This document shows, piece by piece, positions 35,901-50,900 of a stretch of DNA of 64,000 nt; position 1 is the first letter of the stretch, and each line of letters begins with the position of its first letter. The DNA comes from Dimorphilus gyrociliatus (Eukaryota > Animalia > Annelida), in contig CAJFCJ010000030.1 of assembly GCA_904063045.1 (NCBI GenBank), positions 380,063-444,062 on the forward strand, read 5' to 3'. The notes under the pieces are model-generated. The model saw only the letters and a list, made by a program, of their open reading frames with translations, made no database searches and was not told where the DNA came from. A program made the position numbers and the translations under genes.

Positions 35901-38900
35901 TGATTGTCGAAGAAGGCACGTAATTAAACTAATCACTTTTCCGATTTGTGAGGCTTTCCTAATTACGATGATTGCGTCACCGACAGTCATTACTGGCGAT
36001 TGATTGCGTAATGTGCCTAATTCGATCTGCTTCTGAAAGTAAAATATATAAAAAAGAGAAATTTAGAGGAAAGGAAGAAAGACAGGCTGACGTACTCTTC
36101 GTGCGATTCATATCTCGTTTCATCCGGCATAATTACAACAATTATTCATTTGGTTTGAACGTCCTATTGATTTTTACTGATAATTACACAAAACGTATAA
36201 AATTTCGATTCGATATGAGCCGATCTATATAGAAAAGGCACGAAATTTTGCAAGCCGGACATCCGCCTACAAGCTTTGAGCGTCTATCGTCCATTTCCGG
36301 TTGGAACGTTTGATTCTTGAGCCATTTCAGGGTGTTTCTGCCATTTTTTTTACTGTCGTAATCGAAATAGTTGATTCATTGCGGTCGAGCGAGTTTGAAC
36401 TCGTTCGGATTACTTTTCCGAATAAGGGAGGAAAAAAAAGAAGAGTATAGCCGGATCGCGTTTTGTCCGCCTAATTAGCCGTATAAATTTGCTGGTGGGG
36501 TTATTTAGAGTTCATGAGACTCCGTGTTCGATATTACATTATGCAAAGTGTCTCCTAGAATATTTTGTAAAACAGTAACCTCAAAACTTTTCAAAGAGAT
36601 GCTAAATTTACCCCCAAGTCTCTTTCTGACGCATAGTGTTTATAAGCGGAAAAAAAAACACTGTTGTTTTGAAAGAGTCTAGGGAATGTTTCAAAGGGTA
36701 CTTATGAAAGGTATTAAGTGAAAAACCATTGGCTGAGACTTAGGAACAAAATATACCATGGAATAAACATCATATTTTCCCTAGTCGACAAAATTCTTAT
36801 CCTCCTTTTACTGAGCTAAGTGTTAAACGCCTGTGAAATTCGAATTGGGAGAGAAAAAAAAAGGAAAGAAACGCTCACGAATGTTAAAATCAATAAAAAA
36901 TCGGCGTGTACGTGAAGTGATATATACAACAGAGAGAAAAGTTGAACAAGAATCCAATAAAATTCCTTCGCTTGGGAAAAAAACATGACAAGTGCAGAAG
37001 GGAACCCTGTCATAGGCTCGCCTGTTTTTTACACAATATATATACAGTATATATACAGCCGCGGTCATAAATATCTATACATGAAAAAAAAAATTTTTTT
37101 TTTCTATAAAATAATTTTTTTTTGGATTTCTTCAACAAAATTGTTTGTTCTTTTTTTAAATATTTGTTGAAGAATATGTTATAAACCAGAAAATGGATTT
37201 AGTTTACTGAAAAAAATATTCTTATATAAAAAAAAGAATGTTTTTTAATTCTATGTTTATTTATCATTAAAAATAGTCCCAAAAAAAATGGCCAAAAATA
37301 TTTATATAAATTTAATTACATAGTTTGTCAAGGTTTTTTTTCTAAATTTTTGCGTTTTGTCTCAGTCTAAAAACTACTTTTTAATTCTGTTTCCTTTATT
37401 GATAATAACTTGCCAAACTCTCTCCCCGATTCCTCTATATAAATTTTTCACAAAATCTCTATTGCTTGTATTGATTTTGTCCACCTCTTCCTGTATCCTG
37501 TCCCATAAATGGTCAAGGGTTTTTGGTGTTTGAATTTCATACACTTTAATTTTTAAATAACCCCACAAATTCTCTATGGGGTTGAGGTCTGGAGAGTATG
37601 GAGGCCAATCAAGGACTTGAATTCCATTCTCCTCCAGGATATCCATTGTTACTCTGGCAGTGTGTGGGGGTGCATTATCCTGCTGAAAGGTGAAGTTTTC
37701 TCCAAATTTTTCCCTCAAAATTGGGAAAACTGTTCCCTGAAGAAATTCGGCATAAATCTCTCCAGAGATGTTGGAGGGAAGTCTTTGGATAAAAACTTCA
37801 CCATCTGAGGATATACACCCCCACACCATCACTCCTCCTCCACCAACTGGAAGCTTATCTCTAAAGAGCCTTGGCCTGTCATTGAGCTGCCAGGTTAACA
37901 GATGATCGGGACCATCCAGCGAAAACCTGGACTCATCTGTGAAGACCACATTTTTATATTCAACTTGGCTCTGAATCCATCCACCCAGTATATTTAATCA
38001 TGTGGTTTTTGCTCTTGCTGACAAAGGGCATACCTTCAAAATGGGCAGATACTTTGCTCCATTTTTATTTAGAATCCTTCTAATGGTTCTTTCAGAAAGA
38101 TCCAGGCTTAAGTTATCCTTAATTTTTTTAGCAGTTGCCAACTCTCTTTTTTCCTGCAATCTTATGCATTCTCTTTTAATTAGTGACTTCAGTCTTTCAC
38201 TGGCTTTGGATGGTCTTCCCCTTTTGTCAGGTTTTCCTGCTCTTTTGTTCTCACAGATATACTGGAGTGAAGGTTTTGGGATATTTAAGTCCGCCTCAAG
38301 TTCTTTATAGGTCATTTCAGCTTTTTTCGCCCTTGCTAGCTCTCTAATTTGAGAATGATATTTCATTTTGACAAAGAAATGTAAGTAATTATCTGAGGAG
38401 TCAGATTTGTTCTAAATTCAAATGTTCTAAAAACTATTTAGACAAAAAACATGTTTTTATAGATATTTATGGCCATTTTTAAATTATATAATTTAATTGC
38501 AAAAAGCACTTGTTGTCTAAAATTAAAAAAAAAAAGTACTTTTAAAAGCTGAAAAAAACAAATGTTGTATGAAATTACATAAAATACCCTTTAAACAACA
38601 TCATTCTATTTAAGAAAAATAATTTTATTTCTCAAAATTAGAGAAAAATGAGTTTTTAAAAAAAATATTTTCTTTTTTTTCATGTATAAACATTTTTGAC
38701 CGCGGCTGTATATATATATCTTTTTCTCCTCTTTACCCACATTCCCCCAGCGATTATACAAAGAGAAATTTAACTAAATTTGAATGAGTCTGTTTTCATG
38801 GCGAAAGACTGCAAAAATAGAAAACTGTGGAAAATGAAAAAAAAACAGCTATTTAATGGACGGAATCTATCATCAGTTGTTATTTTTTTTTTTGAATTAA

Positions 38901-41900
38901 CTGAACTATATGGCTAGGATACGAGAGAAATTTAGTCCCTATCTATTAATATAATGGAAATAGGCCTAAGATTGTTTGTAATTGATATATAGGAATGTCA
39001 GTAAAAGTCCTGAACAAAGAACAAAATTTATGCATCGGAAAGACAATAGGAATTCTTTTAAAAACTACAGATAATGAAGATAGTATTAATACATAAGAAT
39101 AGTTCTTGTTTCACACTTGACTAATAGAGCACTTGTTCGGTATTTTCAAGGACCAAGCGCAACCAAATACCTCAAGGAAGACATATAGTATACATTTTTT
39201 TGTATAAAATCGTAACAAATCATTTTGCAACTACATTAAGCCCCTCCCATCCACTTACGAATTATTAGCGATCTAAATGATTTTTTTAAAGAACCATGAA
39301 ATACAATACGAAATATAGTGTATGTATTGAAAGGCATCGAGTTGTAAAACAGAGAGAGAGAGAGAGAGAGTAAAGTTGTTCCAACAGCGAAGAATAAAAT
39401 TAAGAGTCAAAGGGAAAGTTTTTAAGTAATGACCCTAAAAGGAAGTATTTAGCGGAAGAGAACTAAAATGAAAGAAAGAATCAGAAAAAATCTTTTACCA
39501 AACGATTAATATCATTTATATAGTTTATTGATTCTGGAAACTAAAATTCTCTTTATCTGGTCGATAACTACTTTTTGTTAGTTTCCTTTTATTCGGGTTA
39601 AAGCTTTTTGACCGAATTTACTTGTTTTTTCCATTTGAACTATGCGGGTAAGCGTCTCTTAGCCTATCTGTATCTCTCACTCCTCACCGAAACAGTTTCT
39701 TATTAGTCGCTCTTTGTGACTGAATCTAGCCAAATAGGGCGGGGGTTGGTGGGAAGAAGGCAACTGAAAGTGAGGCTAAAAAATTCGAGGTGTTTAACGA
39801 ACGTTGCGTGATACCTTGATGGTAGGAAAGGTTATTGATAAATGGCGCAGTTAATAACAGTCATTAACCTGAATTTAAGCGATGCGAAGGTGGCCCAGAA
39901 AGACCCGTAGCCCCCTTCACAATCTGTACCCCCCCCTTCTCTCCCCCTCGATCCGACGTTGCATTTAGTATCCTTCATCGCATCTGTTCCTTTGATCCGT
40001 CTCGCTTCTTTTATTCAGATAAAGTTCGAGTGGCTATACTGGAAGAATTTAATAAATCTAGCGCCTTATTCGTTTATTGTGCAACCGACTTTCCTGACTA
40101 ACTTTTTTTCTTCTACACTTTTCCGCTTAATGGAAAGTTTATCGGCTTAGAAAAAATACGCACGTGGACAAGATGAGGAAAGGCGTAAAAGGGTGGAGAA
40201 GGAGGGGGTAGGAAGTAGAGTAGGGGGTGGTTGCAAATAAGACTGTTGTAAGCTTCATAAGGATCATGGGTTAAAAGTACAGAGGAAGGGATGAATACAA
40301 TTAGAAAAAAACGATAAGGATTCCTTGTACCAACTATGACATTAGCGTGTCGCAGGAGTGAAGGGATCTTACGCATGACTTTGCACGTGTCATAAAATTT
40401 CTCGTTGCAGTCTCGTCTCGAGATATCAGGTCAAAGGTCACGTCACTGAGCTTCTCATTACAGATACTAACGGCGTTCAGGTCGATTAAGGTCGTGTTCC
40501 GATAAGCAGATGGGAAGTGTCTCCTGATTTCTTGTTTGAAATGTAGAAGACTAACAGGTGTTGACCCGATAAAGAAGTTTAGATATTTTGACGTTCTAAG
40601 AAAGAAATGGGTCAGATAAGACGCCCGATCAGAATCTCTAACCTCGTTTTTTTTTGTCCCCCCACCTTTTCTTGTATTCCCTTTCAACCAAGCGCTTTGG
40701 ACAGGACCAGAGAGACCGTCTTTCATCTCATTAAACAAATGGATTGGGGTTAGATCCGCATCGACCTCGAAATTCTCGTTGTTGCCTTTTTCTAGTAAAG
40801 GCTTAAGGGATATTAGCCTATATACTTCCATAATATTCGGGTAGATTAGGACAATAAATTGACGCACCGCCAATTTTTTTACCCGACGGCGATCTTTCGT
40901 TATTTCAATTTTTGTTGCTATTCAGATTTTTGACGACAAGTTTTGTTGCTCTCTGCAAGTTATTGATCCGTCTCGATATTTGTACACTGGTCGCGAAATT
41001 GCTGTTTAATTTGCATAATTCTCTCTGAATTTGACACCCTCCGGAATTACGAGCCTATTGAGGCATTTCATAAACGTCATGTGATCATATATTTGTACAG
41101 TACTTGTACATTGAATATTTCTTTCACGTAATAGCTATTTATAAGCATATTTTATCAATTTTTTTTATAAATAGTCCTTATTACTACAACCAAGTGGGAT
41201 AAATAATCAATGTAGAAGATTCCATAGCCAGAAGCATTTTTGAGGGACAGGAACACGTCATCAGTTTATCGTCGAATTTTAATTGCGTAATAATTTGGTA
41301 GATGGACGGGACGTCGCCATCGGCGTCGCTCTCAATCACGTCCGAGTATCGTTTTGCTACGCATTTCGAGAGTCGAAGCGTGATTTTGACAGCTTTTCTA
41401 CTTCCCTTTCCCCCTAACTGTCCATGTGAAATTAAAAAAAAAAGTGAAAGTTACTCATTAGTGGAGCGTTGCCCCATCCCAACAAGAAAGAAGCGGCGGA
41501 TGCCGTTACGACGAATCCTTCGTCCTCAGGGCATCATTAAGTATGCAAATGACCAATAGGCCTACTTTTCCACGTTCCCTTTCGTGCTCTTGTTTCGTCA
41601 GCCGTAACATTCTATATCAAGGTTTTTATGTCCTTACTTCAATTTTTTACCGTTTCCGAGTTGACCGTTTCGTTGCGTATTGCATAAATAACGATAAAAT
41701 GCTAATCGATTCCGCCCACCGGAGAGCCAGGGAATGTAAGAGAAAAAAGAGGAAAAAAGGAAAAAGAATGAGAAAACAAACATATTTGTGCAAATACAAA
41801 GAGAGTAGACAGATGAAGGGGATGGAGTTAGGAGTAGCAGGGTGGTGAATTTTACGCCTAAAAAAAAGATTGGAATATATGTATGTCAGCGACACTGCCA

Positions 41901-44900
41901 CCTTTATACACACTTGAACAGAGCTGCGCCGCCGGCTAGGCAACTCTATTTCCGCGTCGAATTGCCATTGATGTTGGAAAGACTAGACGACGGCAAGAGA
42001 GGGATAAAAAAAAAATACAAACGAAACAGATTCGCCGCCGATTTGTTGTTATTCCTATTTCTCTTTGTTGTTTTGTTTTTAAGCTTTGTTTTTCTATTCT
42101 GTTTCTTTTCTTTTTGTTTTTTAGTATTTCAAATAGAAAAGTTAAATTTCTATTTGTTCCCTTACCTATTGATTCTCAGTTTTGTATAATCAAAAGAAAA
42201 ATGATTTTTTTAAAGAGAATTTTCTAAATTATTTCTTAATTGATTAAGAAAAAGCTAACTGAAAGTAACTTCGTTAAGAGGCGCCCGTGGTTACTTGAGG
42301 CCACTCGCGAAGACGTCTAAACGAATATAGATACAAAATAGTTGTATGGCAACATCTTTGTTTTTTGTCTTTATATGACATTTACTTTATGCGTCTTATT
42401 ACTTTTATATCCTAAGTCTAATCATAGAAAAGATAATGAATTGAACTTTAAAGAGAGAAAATCAAACTTATTATTGTTGAGTACATTTATAGCAGCTGAA
42501 CACGCCTACATTCTATGTTTTAACGTTGAGAGGGGACAAGAAAGACGGGGAAAACAAACTACAAATAATCGTTATTTAAAAGGTGAAAACTATGTCAAAC
42601 ATTAGCTGGCTAACAAAAATGTATTCTCTCTTTGTATACTATAATTTTTTTATGTACGAGAGTTTTAACTCCCGTCGGGCGATTGTCTCTTGTTTCAGAT
42701 TGATCTTTGTGCAAAAAAAAGGCGTCTAACGTGTACTGCTGTCGATGAACATGAATCGATGCAGCTTGTACCTGCTCCCTACGTCGCATAGTATTAACTC
42801 CAGTTTATCCGTGATTAACTAATCGATACAAGGGAAAGACCGCTAATTTTCCCTAGTAAATTTCATAGGGAATAAAAAGAGTAGTAGTGGGGTCAAGGGT
42901 TCAACTAGCCGCAATTGCGCAACAAAATTGCCTATCGGCTCAAAATACATCTCAATGGTTTGATAATGATGCTTCTTGCTAGTAAAATTGCCTGATCTCA
43001 TTGCTGTTCAAGTGTTTGAATTTGTTTTAGCGATTGCCAATATGCTGCACTCGGAATTTCCAATATGAAACTAATCATTTGTTAATACTATACACACAAT
43101 GTGATCGTATAAAATATACACCATGTATATATTGTATACATAGGAACTCAGTGGTAGCCAGTTAATACAGACTGACAGCCGATCCTTAATTCATTAGCAG
43201 GCGAGCTTGGTATATGCGTAAAAACATCTTTGTAACTGTACTCCATTGTTCTAAGTTTGTATATATAAGAGAGACGGCAAACTGCTTTCGACGCTTCTGT
43301 TATCCGTTTTGATGTTGATTTATAATGTATAACCTAGACACGAACAGGGAACGTTAGTCAACGCTATCGAATCATTTGACGTTGTTTTTTTTACCCCTAC
43401 TCCGTCAATCTATCCCATTCTTTTATTACCTTTAGGGATTAGGAGAGATTAGGACCGGTAGAAAGAATTTAGAGAAAAAAGGGAATATCACCCTAACTCA
43501 TACCCGGTTTTCTGTTTTATTGATAATAGTCAAAAGTAAAAGCAAGCATATAGCTTGTATTATAGGCATGCAATTGACCATTTTTATCTATACTGTCCCT
43601 ACAAAGGCTAAACGTTCGCATGATGGCTTTTTTTGTACGCTTCGTAGAATATCGAGCGTTTGCACGCGCAGCCTTCAATCTTTCTACCCCTGCAGTTTTG
43701 TAATTTGTTTTTGCTTTCCATTCTTTTGTCTGTAGTCGAAAGCAGTTGCTACACACCCGCTAAATGTATAACTCATTGTCCAGTCCCTTCCTCGGGGCCT
43801 TTGACAGCGACCGAATTGCCTCCTGTCAACTGACTAACGGTTGTGATGGATACCCGCCGGTTTCCCCTTTGCCTTCCTTATTTCGCAGTTAGCGATAATT
43901 TTTCTTGGTAGCTTCATATTTTTCTTACTTTTTTTCACCCCCCGTCGTTGTTTTGTTTCATGCATCGCCAACAGCGTTTGTTGATCGATGATGTACGACT
44001 TGTTATCTCTTCTGTATACAACCAGATTTTTTTTTGCTTTCATTCTAAAAAAAATAGGAATTTATCAATTTCTTTCACTCGTGCTAAACTTCCATCCATA
44101 ATTTGGAGTAACAAAGTATATAACTGAATAAGCAACGTACAATTGGAGTTCGCTTGATTGCCTAAATCATTTTTCTCTTCCCAAGACGATTTTTTCTCCT
44201 TCTCTTTTATGCGTTTCTACCCTCCTACTCCAGGCGCCAGAAAGTAGATTAGCGCGCCCTAAAATGTGCAATTCGGCGCCGAGTACTCTACATGTCCGTT
44301 GGGAAATGGTAGGGCAAGTGCGAACTCGTCCCACAACGGTTCACTATTCATCATAAATTGTAGAGTAAAAATATACACAAATATGTTTTATTAGACAATC
44401 TAAGGTTACAATTCCCGGTCCTACTCTAATTTACAATTCTGACACAATTCCTATATACGTCTTTCGTTTCGAGATCGTTAATCGTTAAGTTTCTGATAGA
44501 ATGGGGGTAAAAGAAAGAAAGAAAGACATAGTGAGTGAGTGAGAAAGGGAAAGAGGGAGAATGAAAGAAAGAAAATGGGAGTGAAAGGGATTGATCGATG
44601 TTCATCAACGGCTAGAGGAAAAAGGTCATTCTCTCTAAGCCGATTTGAGAGTTATTTTTTTTTTCATCACTTAACGACCATTTTCCTTAAGTCCTGCGAC
44701 GATAAATTTCCGGTTTTGATCCGTTAGTGTTAATTAAAAGAAGTGAGGGGAAAAAGCTAGTTTTCTTTTTTCACCTAGTTTTCCCTTTCACTAATTAAAC
44801 TGTTAGGGTTCGATTCGAGGGGGCATGATCGCCGACCAGGGTAAACAAATCTTGTTTGCATACTAAACAATTGTTAGACCCGAAAAGAACCTGGTACTGT

Positions 44901-47900
44901 TTTTAACTCAGACTGGCACGAGTTGTATTTCGGCATATGTTTCGTTTAGGCATGCGAACAGGGAAAGGAAGCTGTTATTACTACATCGCTTCTACCCTTA
45001 TAACATTCCCACAGGTTAGAAAATTGAGTAGCATTCATAGTCATGCACGTCATCCTCCTTAAAACTGACAGTATTTGCATTTACTACGGTAGTAGACACT
45101 TGGTCAATCAAATTCCTTATTCTCGGTTCAAACCGACAGGATTTGAAATTGGATATCACATAATTCGAATAAAAAAGTAATATTAAGCTTTTATCGGATA
45201 ATCAAGGTGAAAGGTCATTCCAACCGGTTCTGTCGATGTGAAAATATATTCGACGCTGACTGTATAAGCGTCCTTTGTAACTATACGATCTTATTTTTAT
45301 TCCATCAGTTTGTATAGCTATACATGCTTCCTGAGGGCGAATTGCTTCTATATTATGTCCACTATACGATGCCATTAATTATTTTTCTGCACCTATATAT
45401 CTTGCAATTCCATAACCACCTGTTGCCTTCGGACTTTCCTAAGAAATGTTTCTAATAAACTTTTCTGCGCATTCTCCATTATAACATCTAATAGTTTATT
45501 TATAGTGAGATATTTTTATAATATACACATACATACGTTGCTATAATCTATTAAAATTACGCAAGTTCCCCTTTTTTTTTGTTCCTACAAGTGCCAATTT
45601 TTAAATAATTAATCATGTTCAATTTCCTTATCTTGTCTTATTTCTTATACAGATGTTCAAAATTGAAACGCAAAAGTGCTCACAATACGACAGCTGTCAA
45701 ACTTGTTTGGAATCGAACGATCCTTTTTGCGGCTGGTGTTCATTAGAAAACAAATGTTCTGTTAGATCAAAATGCTTAAACAATGATGATGAAACAAGAT
45801 GGTTAAGCTCTCACGGTGATGCAAGATGTTCGAAAATTATTAGTATGCTACCATCAAAAATCCAGAAGGGTCAAAGTGTAAAGGTAAGTTAAACAACTAA
45901 ACATTATAACTAAAGCTAAAAAGCCTACTGAAAAAAAAAGCAAACGTTATTTCCTAAAAGAAGACCTAGAAAATGTTTAATTAGGCAGAGCGAATATATA
46001 CGATTTTATTCAAAAAAGAGAAAATAAAGAAATAGAAACTCGGATAAATTTCCTCTCTTTTTTAAATAAAAGTTGCTCTTCTACGGTTTTAAATGAACTA
46101 GGAACGAATCTAACATTAACTCTATCTTACTGCAATATTTAAGAGAATCCTTTGAAATAGTTTCTTCCTTTCCGGAAAAATCCGCTTAAGAAGTTTTCTA
46201 GTTTGTTTTTCTTTTTCCCCTTATACTTTCTCTTGTGATAGAATTACATATTTAATCGTAAGGAGAAGGATTATCTTGAAATAATTATCTTATTTAATTT
46301 CTTTCATATAGAAAAATACATCTAAGAAGTAATTATATATATATAAATTTATATATCTATATTAGATATAGATATGGATATATAATTACGTTTAAAAAAG
46401 AAAATAAATGAAAATCCATCTAATTTGACAAGCATGATTTAAAACGAATATAAATTTTTACTGTCGAAACAGGGTTCAATTAGTGTAGTGCACTTCTGGT
46501 GCTATTTTAATTTACATACTTTATATTTGTTTATATACGTATTATGGAAATATAATAGAAATAGAGTACTGGATAATGCAATTATCTATATAATTATTAT
46601 ATAATAATTGTTTTTAGATTTATTATCAATAGATCTATCTATATTATTATATTTTTCCTAACAGATTAAATTGGAAGTTGAAAATCTACCGAATGTTAGA
46701 AATGAAACTTATAAATGTGTATTTAGAGATGCATCCGATCCTAAATCTCCATCCAGACAAACAGTAGCAGAAAAGAATGGTAAAAGCGTCTCTTGCCTTA
46801 CACCAGAACCGAATTTAATGCCCGACTTCCCGACCGGATCTGGTTAGTATCTTTTCATTTTTTTATCCACTGCTACGACGTCTAGTCTTTATTTACTTGT
46901 CTTCCATGTCACTGTCTTCCTACTCAATTTCCATTTTACTAGATTCGAACTGAACGAAATGAATGCTTGTAACTCGAGATAAGCAATTTACTTTTCGATT
47001 TCGACCCCTATAGCATTATTTATATACTCGTCTTTTCTTACTGTTACAGTAAGCCTTAAGGCTCGAATGTTTTCTCCCCGGTTAACAATATTTCTCACTT
47101 TTCCTTAATTTTTCTTTTTCATACTTTCGCTTTTGTCTTTCTTCTATTTTAGCCATTTCTTTTACTTCAGTACCTTTGTTCCCTTTCAACCATTTGTCTA
47201 GTTTATTTATTCAAGTTATTATTCACTATTATACTTTTTCGTAGTCTCGACAGTTTCCATCTCACTCTGTCAAAGGCTAACGACTCAGGTTAAGTGCCGC
47301 ATCTATTTACTGTATAGGGCTTCTGTAATTCGCCCCGTTTATTCTCATTTTACGTAATAAGAGAACGACAAAGTTGAGTGGATGTGACAGTCTGGAAATA
47401 TCGAGTTAGTGCAGCTTTTTGTAGTATTGAGATGTTTTATCAAAGTCACATGACTCCAGACGTATGCTACCCACAATTGTTTTTCTTTTCCCGTTTCTAA
47501 TTCGATATATAGCAAGCCGAACTATTCAACTTACCTATAAGAAATCTCGAGTCATGTGATAAGATTTATCACGTGATATTTGTTTACTATTTCCGTTTCG
47601 TGCTTTCTTTATCAGTTTCCATTTAATTTTAGGAAGCTTACTAGCAAATTACTAATTTAGGTAACAGAATCATTATACAAAGACTAAAGTACATGCAAAG
47701 AAAATACATAATATATATAAACATGTAAAGTATATAGAGTATGTTGCAGTACATTATATATTTATATGGACATGTTTTATACAAAAGTAAATAGTACTTA
47801 TATTTTAATATACGTTATTTTCCATGTTTTAATAGAAATAAGAGTTTAGAACGACATTCTATGTTGTTATTAAGCTTGTTGAATTATATATCAAATATGA

Positions 47901-50900
47901 CAAACGTGATTACTAAGCCAGTCTGAAAGAATACTACCCAAAATCTATATATCTAGAATTCTTCCATACAATATAGTGACAAAATTAATAGGATTGTTTA
48001 ACTATATCTTTCAATTTTTATAGGGATTAACAAAATCTAAATTAAAGCTTTACGTTTTAATATAATAGCTTTTTTCTTCTTTTTTCTAATTCGTCTTTCT
48101 CAGCCGTAATAGAAAAAAAAAGCTTTATTTTATTTTCGATTCAAACAATTTTCTATAAGCTTAACTTGCTTTAGACATAACTATATAAATATGATAAATG
48201 AGAGCTTAGATGTAAGAGAGATATTGCCTCTTGACCGTCTCGAAAATTTACCGATAATAAATCAGTAAAAGCAAAAAAAAAAAGAACCCCCACTGTTCTA
48301 GACAATAAAAATCAATTAGGTAAATAAAATTTTCGGTTGGCCAGGAATGTCAAAATGGATGGAGAGTGTGCATGAGAGAGCCAGAGAGGATTGAATAGAG
48401 AATTTTTTTTTTCGAGCGCGTGTACAGTTGATCGAGGCTTTAGCTATGCTCGACTGCACCGTTCCCATTTCGTTTAGTCATGCGTGACTGCATTGAAAAA
48501 GTTTCGTTCGATGCTTGTTTGCCGTACGGCAGATGATAAAAAAGAAATGAAATTATGGAACGCACGCTTTTTTATTGGTTTTGGACTTATTCCGTTCGCT
48601 CCCCCTCGCTCTTACTCTCTCTTTTATATACTGATAGCTAGGGAGATAAATATATAGATATTTGTATACTATCTGTACTTAATATTTATCCGTATCAATC
48701 TATCCAGCTATTACTCTCTCCCTCCCTCTCTTCATAGTAAGAGTGTTATATACATATCATGTTTTTATCATAAACTGACGCTTTTATGTTAAGAGAGCAG
48801 ATTGACAATGCAAAAATGGGATTATATAATATGGACACCTGGTACAACTTTTCAATGCTTCCTATACATTCATCTTCCTTCCCCAAAAAAAATTGCTCTT
48901 GGTTCGTAATATTATCCCTAAGGAGTATTTTATAAATCTGCTATACGTGTGTCACTTTTGTTCGCCCAACTTTACTAAGCGTATGCAGAGGGCAAGTACG
49001 AGGGAGGGGAAAGTAAAATTACCTTTGAAACTTGTCAATAGAAATTCAAAACGAACCTTTAAAATTGTGCCACTGAGAGGTTAAGGGCTAAGAGCAGTAA
49101 GGTTTTGAACTGTTGATGAAGAATATATATTTTATTTCGTTCTTTTTTTATTTTGACAATAATTGAGTTTAGTTAGGAAAAAGGAGAGGAAAGGACTTGA
49201 TATATTTTTTTTCTTTCTTATTTTAAAACGTCTCAAAAAATTAACTTCCAATAATGAAATATATTATTTTCCCTGCTACTCTTAGTACTACGGCTAATTT
49301 AGAGATTTATAAATTTTTTATATTCTACTATTTGTTGAACTTTTTTCAAGATGATTGATTAAAGTACCCTTGAGATTTTTAGGGTCACCGGCTATGTTTA
49401 CCTTAAAATACTGAACTTTACGCATTGGGATGATCGAGTATAGATAATTTAAAAATACTTAAAATGATATATAAAGGCTTATACATGTTAATATAGAGTT
49501 TGTTGTAAATTTTAATAAGTAGTTTTATTGTTTGATAAATGAGAAGGAAAGAAGTTGTATTACTTTTAATTTTAATATAATTTAAATGTCCTTGTCAAAC
49601 ACTGTAATTTCTACATAGTTTTATTAAAAGGTACAGTCAAAAGCCCATTCATGCTTGTCTGAACATATTGGAAATTTAACCGCATATGCTATCCACCATT
49701 AATAATTCAACCTGAACTGTTCAAGAAAGCATCGTTTTTACCGCCTCTATTATTATTAGAATTATTATTTATTTAATGAAACGAGTTCTTAGTAAACTTT
49801 ATAATTGAAGAATGAAACTATAGTGAACTTTTAGCCTTTTAACTTGAAATATTTAAATAAATGGATAAAAAGCAATAAAAGGACAGAAAAGAGCAATAAA
49901 GCAAAAAAAAAAACACATACATACTGGAAAAAAAGAGTAAAAGAGAAAAGAATAAAAGAAATGAAAGAACTGAAAAAAAATTACAGTATATGAATAGTAA
50001 ATTACATATGAACAGCTTATATTAATGTAATAGATATATTTTAATATAAAACTATTATTTCCAACGGGAATTGCTTTTGACCGTTTAGATAAACTTATAC
50101 AAGCTGCGAAGCCTTTATCTCAATTTAAAAGAAAAAAAAGGTAAAATTGCCTGCGGGGTTGTTTTCTTTATTCCCTTTAGTAGTTTACAACTTTTTAATA
50201 GTTCTTTTTCCATAACAATCTCTAAGGGGGTTTGTTGGAAAAGTTGAAAAGTGTCAATTTGGTCAAAATTCAAAAGAAAGTTATCTAGTATCTAGGTCAA
50301 ATTTGCTTTTTTTTTATTCCCTTCCATTATTCAAATAGTTTTAAATAAAGATTTTTAAATTGCGATAATGTAAAATATTTTACAAAGGTTAAAGGTTATT
50401 GATTAAAGTTTAGCGTTTGTAGTAAAAATAAATATAGTTAAATTTGCAATGTTTTATGTAAATGTACACATGGTCGATATATAATACAATACGCTGCTGT
50501 ATATGGTACTATGCGTTTAAATGGATGGACTTGGCGTGTTGGCGTGTTTGCGTGTGACTAGTTCTATTACCTAGGTAATACGCGAAATATTTTCATAGAA
50601 TTTGACATGGCCCTTGTTTTCTCATGTGTTCCGTCTACGCTTCTGGAAACGTCAATTTTCATTCCTACGCAGACGAGGATAATGAAAGCTTGTCGGCGTG
50701 TGCGTGCGCTTTTAATCATATCCTCTTTGATTACGTGTTCTTGTGCTAACATACTAACATTTGAACTCGGCTTCAACGCGTCGCAGAAATCGTATCTGAT
50801 GTATAATAAAACTTAGATTATTAGAGTAACGCCTCTTTATACTTTATGGTTGTATCTTCTTCTCATTATGCTAACAATCATGGTCAATTTAAATAGTTTG

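Noticed and set aside
36386-36407. 10-bp GC-rich hairpin (possible Helitron 3' end)
   Set aside because: No CTRR terminus at the expected distance and no second copy in the window.
38002-38310. 102-aa plus-strand ORF inside the transposon
   Set aside because: Antisense to the transposase N-terminus, with no independent features.
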